Assembly (NCBI GenBank): GCA_009692665.1
Contig: SHYT01000005.1
Span: 57,758 to 121,757 of the forward strand
Direction of reading: 5' to 3'
Source of the DNA: Dehalococcoidia bacterium
GTDB lineage: Bacteria; Chloroflexota; Dehalococcoidia; Lucifugimonadales; SHYT01
DNA length: 64,000 nt
The first letter of the stretch is position 1; each line of letters opens with the position of its first letter. This document shows, in pieces, positions 57,972 through 64,000 of this stretch. The position numbers were made by a program, and so were the translations under genes. The notes under the pieces are model-generated. The model had not been told where the DNA came from and made no database searches. It worked only from the letters and a program-made list of their open reading frames with translations.

Positions 57972-59063
57972 ATGGTTGTAGAGACCTGGATGCAAGCCCC
58001 GACAACTAAGGCCGTTGAAGAGACTAAGGCCACCGGTTCGCTCCCTAAGACAATGAAAGCTGTGGTTATGGAGCAGTATGGTCACGTTCTGTGGAAGGAA
58101 GTCCTAACACCTATTCCTGGCCCCAATGACTGCCTCATTGAAATAAAGGCCGGCGGTTGCAACTACAACGACGTTTGGGCGCGCAAGGGAGCTCCCCTGG
58201 AAGTCGCGCTCCCTCACATCTTCGGCAGCGACTGCGCGGGCATCGTGCGCGCCATTGGCTCTGAAGTCAAGGCATTCAAGCCTGGCGACGAAGTCCTCAA
58301 CCACTGCGGCATCCCCGCACAGGGCAACCCGGAGGGTCAGGAGCATCTTATCTGGGGCTTTGACCATGCGGCTATGACCGGCGGCCACGCGCAGTATGCA
58401 AAGATCCCCGCTGAAAACCTGATGCCGAAGCCAGCCAATTTATCCTGGGAAGAGGCGGCCGCCCTACCACTGGTGCTCGTCACCGTTTGGCGGCAATTGG
58501 TTACCAAAGGTGGCATCAAGCCCGGCGACTACGTGCTCATTTGGGGCGCGGCAGGCGGCATCGGTTCTATCGCCGTGCAGGTGTGCAAGATGTTCCACGC
58601 ACATGCTATTGCTATCGCGTCCAGCCATGACAAGCTCGAGGCGTGCAAAAAACTTGGCGCGGATTATCTTATCAACCGAAAGACGCAGGATATTGGCAAA
58701 GAAGTACGTAATATCGTAGGCAGGCGTGGTGTGGACATTGTATTTGAGCACCCTGGCCAGCAAACTATCAACACCAGCCTGCGGCTCGTAAAGTGGGGCG
58801 GCAAAGTGGTCATCTCTGGCGCCACCAGCGGCTATGAAGCGACGATTGACCTGCGGCACATCTTCTTCCGGCAGGTGCAGCTTATTGGTTGCACACTGGG
58901 TACGGTGGAAGAGCAGCGGCAAGCGCTGAAAGCAGTGGAGATGGGCATGATCAAGCCGCTCGTTCACACGGTGCTGCCGATGAGCCGAGCAAACGAAGCC
59001 TACTCGCTCATTGAGAAAGACGAAGCGATGGGCAAAGTAGTCTTGGTGCCTGACTCCTGCTAA
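57972..59063 (+). CDS. MDR-superfamily enoyl-CoA reductase of the crotonyl-CoA carboxylase/reductase (Ccr/ECR) type, short form
   Basis: GGCNYNDVWA, HIFGSDCAGIV, LIWGFD...GGHAQY, VLIWGAAGGIGS and VDIVFEHPG parallel Ccr motifs as I recall them. 363 aa, against ~430 for typical Ccr. Confidence 0.65.
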   Translation: MVVETWMQAPTTKAVEETKATGSLPKTMKAVVMEQYGHVLWKEVLTPIPGPNDCLIEIKAGGCNYNDVWARKGAPLEVALPHIFGSDCAGIVRAIGSEVKAFKPGDEVLNHCGIPAQGNPEGQEHLIWGFDHAAMTGGHAQYAKIPAENLMPKPANLSWEEAAALPLVLVTVWRQLVTKGGIKPGDYVLIWGAAGGIGSIAVQVCKMFHAHAIAIASSHDKLEACKKLGADYLINRKTQDIGKEVRNIVGRRGVDIVFEHPGQQTINTSLRLVKWGGKVVISGATSGYEATIDLRHIFFRQVQLIGCTLGTVEEQRQALKAVEMGMIKPLVHTVLPMSRANEAYSLIEKDEAMGKVVLVPDSC

Positions 59064-59156
59064 CGGCGTGTTTCGGCGAAACGTGTACAATTCCCGAGGA
59101 TGCGTTGACCGGGCAATTACTGCGGCGAGCCCGCAAGATGTCCTTGAGGTAGAGCC

Positions 59157-60236
59157 ATGTTCAAGCTTCCTGACGGCAGGGTGGTCATTCCGCGCACCGA
59201 GATGACCTACCCTGGCATCTCCCGCGATGTGCTCACGAACAAAGACGCAGACCCTCTGCGCATGAGCCGCAGCGCCGCGGACGCCCAGCGCTCGCCGGTA
59301 GACCATGTGATGGCGGACATGGAGGACGCTTGCCCGTTTCCATTAAAGGGCGAGCCAGTCCGCAAGGCCATTGCACAGGCGTTCACCACGCTGGATTTTG
59401 GGCACAAAGTCGTCACCTGGCGGCCCAACAATGTCCGTTCAGGCCTGTTTGAGGCGGACGTCGACTATATGATGAAGCACGCCGTGGACAGGTTTCACGG
59501 CATCGTTTTGCCAAAATCGTTTGCCGTGGGTGACGTGGAGTACGCGGCGAACGTGGTGAAATTTACCGAGCGGCTGTACGGGTGGAAACACGCCGTGCAG
59601 CTTGAGGCGCTCATCGAAACGCCTAGCGCGCTGGAGCAAGTGGACGGCATTGCCGCTGTGTTGGAACGTTCCGGGCGCGGTGCGGGCCTCATCTTTGGCA
59701 TTGCGGACTTTGCCTCGTTCCTTGGCATTGGCAATATTATCGCGGACCAGCACATTAAGTTTGCGTACGCCAAGCAGCGCACCGTCATCGCCGCCAAAGC
59801 GCATGGGCTGCACGCCATCGATAACGTTTTCCTGCGCCTGCCGCGCCGCACCGACTCCCCTGAGGTCCTGGCGCAAATTGACAAAGACTTACGCGCAAAG
59901 AATACGTGGTCCGCCAGCTTTGGCATGGACGGTACGTGGGTGGTCCACCCGGCGCAGGCACTCATTTCCAACGAGTGCTATACACCCACCGACGACGAGG
60001 TAAAAGCCTACAAGAGCCAGCTAGAACGCTCGCTGACCTCCGGTGGCGGCGCCATCGCGGACCCTGATACCGGCGAGATGATTGATGACGCCACACTGCG
60101 CATCGCGCTCCAGTGCTTGAGCAAGGCAGCACAGGCCAACAAGATCACATGGGACGAAGTGCGGAAAATGAACAGCAAGATTACCGAGATCACCGGCTAC
60201 GACATTTTGGGGCTGGAAAGCATCAAGCATGGTTGA
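59157..60236 (+). CDS. HpcH/CitE-family acyl-CoA lyase, malyl-CoA/beta-methylmalyl-CoA/citramalyl-CoA lyase-like
   Basis: ADMEDACP, LEALIETPSAL, GMDGTWVVHPAQ and MIDDATLRIA. ~350-aa Mcl-like length. Confidence 0.7.
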   Translation: MFKLPDGRVVIPRTEMTYPGISRDVLTNKDADPLRMSRSAADAQRSPVDHVMADMEDACPFPLKGEPVRKAIAQAFTTLDFGHKVVTWRPNNVRSGLFEADVDYMMKHAVDRFHGIVLPKSFAVGDVEYAANVVKFTERLYGWKHAVQLEALIETPSALEQVDGIAAVLERSGRGAGLIFGIADFASFLGIGNIIADQHIKFAYAKQRTVIAAKAHGLHAIDNVFLRLPRRTDSPEVLAQIDKDLRAKNTWSASFGMDGTWVVHPAQALISNECYTPTDDEVKAYKSQLERSLTSGGGAIADPDTGEMIDDATLRIALQCLSKAAQANKITWDEVRKMNSKITEITGYDILGLESIKHG

Positions 60237-61386
60237 TACAGCGAACAAGGCCTCCAGAGTTATTGTCAGCGAGGTCAAGCGCTTCGTTGATAAGGAAGTC
60301 ATGCCCGTCGCGACCGAGCTGGAGCACAAGAACGAGTACCCGGCCGCGCTCGTGAAGCAGATGGCGCAGATGGGACTATTCTCCATGACCATCAGCGGTG
60401 AATATGGAGGCCTGGGGCTGTCCTTTAGCACGTACGCAGCAGTCATCGAAGAGCTGGCGCGCGGGTGGATGAGCCTGGCGGGCATTATTAACACCAATGC
60501 CATTGTGGGGTACATGGTGGAGCAGTACGGCGCCAAGGAACAGAAGGAACGGTTCCTGCCGGTGTTGGCCAAGGGTGAAAAGCGTGCGGCGTTCACCCTT
60601 ACAGAGCCGGACGCGGGCTCAGACGTGGCAGCCATCAAGACCACGGCGACAAAGCACGGCGACCACTACCGCATAAACGGCTCCAAGATGTTCGTGAGCA
60701 ACGGGAGTAACGCGCACTTCTACCTGGTGCTGTGCAAGACGGATAAACATGCCAACCCGCCGACGCGAGGCATGAGCGCCATCATCATTGAGAAGGGCAC
60801 CACGGGGCTGGTCGTGACACGTGAGATTGACAAGCTGGGGTACAAGGGCCTGGACACCGTGGCACTAAACCTGGACGACGTGGAAGTGCCGATTACCAAC
60901 TTGCTTGGTGGCAAAGAAGGCCAAGGCTTCCAACAGGTGATGAGCGGGCTGGAAGTCGGGCGCATCAACGTCGGCTCGCGGGCTGTGGGCGTCGCGCGTG
61001 CGGCGTTTGAGGACGCCATTGCATACTCGTTCCAGCGGCATGCGTTTGGCAAGCCCATCTTTGAGCACCAGGCGGTACACATGCGCTTGGCGGAGATGTA
61101 CTCCAAGATCGAGGCAGCCCGCCTGCTCGTGTGGCAGGCCGCTGAAAAAAAGGACCGTGGTGAGCGCTCTGACCTGGAAGCGGGCGTTGCCAAGCTGTTC
61201 GCCAGCGAGATCTGCCAGGAAGTCGTTGTAGACGCGCTTCGCACCTTCGGAGGATACGGCTATACCAAAGAACTGCGCGCCGAACGGTACTACCGCGACG
61301 CACCGCTCCTGATCATTGGCGAGGGGACGAACGACATTCAGAAAATTGTCATCGCCCGTGCACTGGAGCGGATCTACAAGAAGTAG
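60229..61386 (+). CDS. Acyl-CoA dehydrogenase (standard ~385-aa form)
   Basis: TEPDAGSD, and FGGYGYTKELRAERYYRDAPLLIIGEGTNDIQ with the catalytic Glu. 8-nt overlap with the lyase gene. Confidence 0.92.
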   Translation: MVDTANKASRVIVSEVKRFVDKEVMPVATELEHKNEYPAALVKQMAQMGLFSMTISGEYGGLGLSFSTYAAVIEELARGWMSLAGIINTNAIVGYMVEQYGAKEQKERFLPVLAKGEKRAAFTLTEPDAGSDVAAIKTTATKHGDHYRINGSKMFVSNGSNAHFYLVLCKTDKHANPPTRGMSAIIIEKGTTGLVVTREIDKLGYKGLDTVALNLDDVEVPITNLLGGKEGQGFQQVMSGLEVGRINVGSRAVGVARAAFEDAIAYSFQRHAFGKPIFEHQAVHMRLAEMYSKIEAARLLVWQAAEKKDRGERSDLEAGVAKLFASEICQEVVVDALRTFGGYGYTKELRAERYYRDAPLLIIGEGTNDIQKIVIARALERIYKK

Positions 61387-61443
61387 TCCGCGAATTCACG
61401 AATTGGCACTACATAACACTAGGAACGCCGGAGGAGCAACAAC

Positions 61444-61917
61444 GTGGAATACGACGGCCACGATAAGTTTGGCCGCTACCTGGAAGACTTCCAAGTAGGC
61501 GATGTGTACAAGCACTGGCCAGGACGCACCATAACGGAGTCAGACAACACCACGTTCTCACTCTTGACCATGAACCAGCACCCGCTCCACATCGACGCAA
61601 ATTACGCCGATGGCACACAGTTCAAGCAGCGCGTGGTCGTCGGGCCGCTGGTATACAGCGTGGTATTTGGCATGACGGTGTCGGACGTCTCCGGCAAAGC
61701 CATCGCCAACTTGGAAACCGAATCGCTGCAGCATACCGGGCCGGTGTTCCACGGCGACACACTCTACGCGGAGACCAAGGTGCTGGACCTGCGCGAGTCC
61801 AAGAGTCAGCCGGACCGCGGCATCGTCACGGTGGAGACCAAAGGCGTAAACCAGCGGGGGCAGACGGTGGTCACGTTCCGACGCAAGGTCATGGTGCCCA
61901 AGCGTCCGGTGAAGTAG
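61444..61917 (+). CDS. MaoC-like (single hot-dog) enoyl-CoA hydratase/dehydratase
   Basis: [39 protein letters not shown], typical of itaconyl-/mesaconyl-CoA hydratase-like MaoC proteins. Confidence 0.8.
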   Translation: MEYDGHDKFGRYLEDFQVGDVYKHWPGRTITESDNTTFSLLTMNQHPLHIDANYADGTQFKQRVVVGPLVYSVVFGMTVSDVSGKAIANLETESLQHTGPVFHGDTLYAETKVLDLRESKSQPDRGIVTVETKGVNQRGQTVVTFRRKVMVPKRPVK

Positions 61918-61939
61918 GGGTTGCTCCAGGACGGCCAGC

Positions 61940-63682
61940 GTGCTAGTGTACGCCCCAGCGGCACCGCAAAGTGTCGAGGGCATACCCAAGGGAGTAGCCG
62001 TGCAAGAGAAACAGCATCAGGGCAAAGACGAGCTTGGCGAAGCTCAGCAAAAGTGGGAAGAGCAAGTCCTCGACCCGTGGACCAAGCGCGCCAAAGACCG
62101 CCCGGAAATCCTGGGCACCAGCTCCACACCCACTAAAGTCGTGTATACACCAGTTGATGCCCAGACCAAGTACCAAGAAGACATCGGCTTTCCGGGTCAG
62201 TTTCCCTTCACCCGCGGCGTCTACCCCACCATGTACCGCAGCCGCCTGTGGACCATCCGGCAGTACGCCGGGTTCGGCACGGCTGAAGAGTCCAACGTCC
62301 GCTTCCGCTACCTGCTGAACAACGGCCAGACCGGCCTGTCCATGGCGTTTGACCTGCCAACGCAACTTGGCTACGACTCAGACGACCCGCTGGCGCATGG
62401 CGAGGTGGGCAAGGTGGGCGTGGCCATCAGCTCGCTGCAGGACATGGAGACGTGCTTTGCGGGCATCCCCATGGACAAGGTCAGCACCTCCATGACCATC
62501 AACGCGCCCGCGTCCGTGCTGCTGGCGATGTACATCGCCGCCGCGGAGAAGCAGGGCATCTCGGCCGACAAGCTTTCGGGCACGTCCCAGAACGACGTGC
62601 TCAAAGAGTACGTGGCTCGCGGGACGTACATCTATCCGCCCAAACAGTCGATTCGTATCGGCGCCGACCTCATTGCGTACTGCGCCAACCACGTGCCGCG
62701 CTGGAATCCCATCAGCATCAGCGGCTACCACATGCGCGACGCCGGCAGCACAGCGGCGCAGGAGATTGGCTTCACTTTTGCAAACGCCATTGCGTATCTG
62801 GACGCGGTGATTGCGCAAGGCATGAAGATAGACCAGTTCGCGCCGCAAATATCGTGGATTTTCAACACGCACAACAACTTCTTGGAGGAGGTTGCGAAGT
62901 ACCGTGCGCTGCGCCGCGTGTGGGCCAAGCTGCTCAAAGAGCGATACCACGCGCAAAAGCCTGAGTCAATGATGTTCCGCACGCACACGCAGACAGGTGG
63001 CTCCACGCTCACCGCGCAGCAGCCTGAGAACAACATTGTGCGCGCTGCGTACCAGGCGATGGCGGCGGTGCTCGGCGGTGTGCAGTCGCTGGCGCTGTCC
63101 TGTTTCGACGAGGCGCTGGCGATTCCGACGGAGAAGGCGCAGCGTATCGCCGTTCGCACGCAGCAGATCATCGCGTACGAGACGGGCATTTCTGAGACGG
63201 TGGACCCGTTGGCAGGCTCCTACTACATCGAAACGCTAACCAACGAGCTGGAGCGCCAGGCGTGGGAAATCATGAAGCAGGTCGAGGATATGGGCGGTGC
63301 TGTCGCCGCGATTGAGAAAGGCTTCTACCAAAAAGAGATTCAAGAAGCGGCGTACAAATATCAGAAAGAGATTGAAACCGGCAAGCGCATCATCGTAGGC
63401 GTCAATCAGTTCACTGAGGGAAACGAGGAATCGGCGCCGTTCTTCCGCGTTGACCCCAACGTGGTGAAGGCGCAGGTGGCCAAGCTGCACAAACTCCGCA
63501 CCACGCGAGACAGCGCCGCCGTGAAAAAGTCGCTGGCCGCACTCAAAGAGGCTACGCAGAACTCCAGTGCGCCCCTTATGCCGCGCATCGTTGACGCCGT
63601 GAAGACGTACGCCACCACCGGCGAGATCAGCGGCACCATGCGTGAAGTGTTTGGAGAGTACCGTCCACCAGTGGTAATTTAG
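61940..63682 (+). CDS. Methylmalonyl-CoA-mutase-family large (substrate-binding) subunit, with no B12-binding domain
   Basis: [32 protein letters not shown] and [19 protein letters not shown] (Tyr and Arg as in MCM-type enzymes). An alternative GTG start at 62000 follows GGGAG. Ends at a strong terminator. Confidence 0.9.
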   Translation: MLVYAPAAPQSVEGIPKGVAVQEKQHQGKDELGEAQQKWEEQVLDPWTKRAKDRPEILGTSSTPTKVVYTPVDAQTKYQEDIGFPGQFPFTRGVYPTMYRSRLWTIRQYAGFGTAEESNVRFRYLLNNGQTGLSMAFDLPTQLGYDSDDPLAHGEVGKVGVAISSLQDMETCFAGIPMDKVSTSMTINAPASVLLAMYIAAAEKQGISADKLSGTSQNDVLKEYVARGTYIYPPKQSIRIGADLIAYCANHVPRWNPISISGYHMRDAGSTAAQEIGFTFANAIAYLDAVIAQGMKIDQFAPQISWIFNTHNNFLEEVAKYRALRRVWAKLLKERYHAQKPESMMFRTHTQTGGSTLTAQQPENNIVRAAYQAMAAVLGGVQSLALSCFDEALAIPTEKAQRIAVRTQQIIAYETGISETVDPLAGSYYIETLTNELERQAWEIMKQVEDMGGAVAAIEKGFYQKEIQEAAYKYQKEIETGKRIIVGVNQFTEGNEESAPFFRVDPNVVKAQVAKLHKLRTTRDSAAVKKSLAALKEATQNSSAPLMPRIVDAVKTYATTGEISGTMREVFGEYRPPVVI

Positions 63683-63717
63683 ACGCTCGTAGCCTGCTGA
63701 AATAGCTCTACAAAAAA

Positions 63718-63743
63718 AGATGGGGCTCGTTGGAGCCCCATCT
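63718..63743. terminator. Bidirectional rho-independent terminator
   Basis: AGATGGGGCTC-GTTG-GAGCCCCATCT, with an A7 run before it and a T5 run after it. Confidence 0.88.
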
Positions 63744-63947
63744 TTTTGTTCTGGCTTAATAGAAGCCGCCCCCACCGATGTTTCCACCGCCGGGGGCGCT
63801 TTCCCGGTAGGCTCCTCCGCCTTGCGGCGGTGTCGCCACCTACATTTACTCTACCGCTGTCCCGACCGGGAACCATCTGCGGATAGGACTAAACTCGCTT
63901 CCAGCTAGCTAGGCGGATCCGCGCTCTATCTGCACAAAGTAAAAACG
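63744..63947 (-). ncRNA. Candidate structured RNA of unknown class (strand inferred from GNRA loops)
   Basis: On the minus strand there is a 12-bp hairpin CCCCCGGCGGUG-GAAA-CAUCGGUGGGGG and a nested hairpin GUAGG..CCGCC-GCAA-GGCGG..CCUAC. Bracketed by two terminator-like hairpins. No convincing ORF. Confidence 0.3.
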
Positions 63948-63987
63948 AAAGCACCCCCAACAATGTCTCCACTGCTAGGGGTGCTTT
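63948..63987. terminator. Terminator-like hairpin
   Basis: AAAGCACCCC / GGGGTGCTTT 10-bp stem with a 20-nt loop. T-rich on both strands after the stem. Confidence 0.55.
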
Positions 63988-64000
63988 TAAAGAGGCGTTG

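Noticed and set aside
63744-63947. Cobalamin riboswitch controlling the adjacent B12-dependent mutase
   Set aside because: The structure lies downstream of the mutase terminator, and its GNRA loops point to the opposite strand. I find no B12-box-like sequence (AGYCMGGAGACCKGCC type) or GCCACUG core.
1-64000. CRISPR arrays, rRNA or tRNA genes, retron- or DGR-like reverse-transcriptase loci
   Set aside because: Reading through all intergenic spacers, I found no regularly spaced direct repeats, no rRNA/tRNA signatures and no reverse-transcriptase or Cas-like ORFs. Absence is judged by eye only and should be confirmed with tRNAscan/Infernal/CRISPR finders.

Overview
The window reads as one contiguous, GC-rich bacterial chromosomal segment. 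Gene content (Alternative Complex III, F420-related genes cofD and LLM, DUF3090, DUF5679, giant FtsX permeases) suggests a Chloroflexota-like aerobe, but this is inference only. I saw no rRNA, tRNA or CRISPR array by eye. Gene order along the window: (1) nusA(partial)-ylxR-infB-rbfA-truB; (2) a low-GC two-gene cassette of unknown function on the opposite strand; (3) a GT2 glycosyltransferase, a crotonase, an aldo-keto reductase, RidA, and a geranylgeranyl-reductase-like gene broken by one in-frame TGA; (4) a translationally coupled 4-gene ABC operon with two ~1100-aa FtsX-type permeases; (5) VOC and F420/LLM genes; (6) a 12.6-kb minus-strand string that joins an ACIII-like module (actA, split actB1/actB2, two NrfD-like subunits, actD, actE) to System I cytochrome c maturation genes (ccmH, ccmF, TlpA/CcmG-like), with two unknown membrane proteins in between; (7) yyaL plus a catalytically degenerate RibBA-like gene; (8) a frameshifted IS3-family element; (9) a Trx-NHL protein, mutY, a PQQ sugar dehydrogenase, dps, mutL, cofD and queF; (10) a patch of gene remnants; (11) lipB, ruvA, ruvC, yebC and rpsP; (12) a LysR-linked five-gene CoA-ester operon whose enzyme families mirror the ethylmalonyl-CoA pathway in unusually small forms. 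The best candidates for something undescribed are the truB-adjacent low-GC cassette with a C8 tract at its 5' end, a conserved ~83-nt leader element found upstream of three unrelated genes with hairpin-preserving substitutions, the compact EMC-like operon, the RibBA-like pseudoenzyme, and a structured GC-rich spacer with GNRA-capped hairpins at the right edge. All family calls rest on motif recognition by eye and no database search was run.
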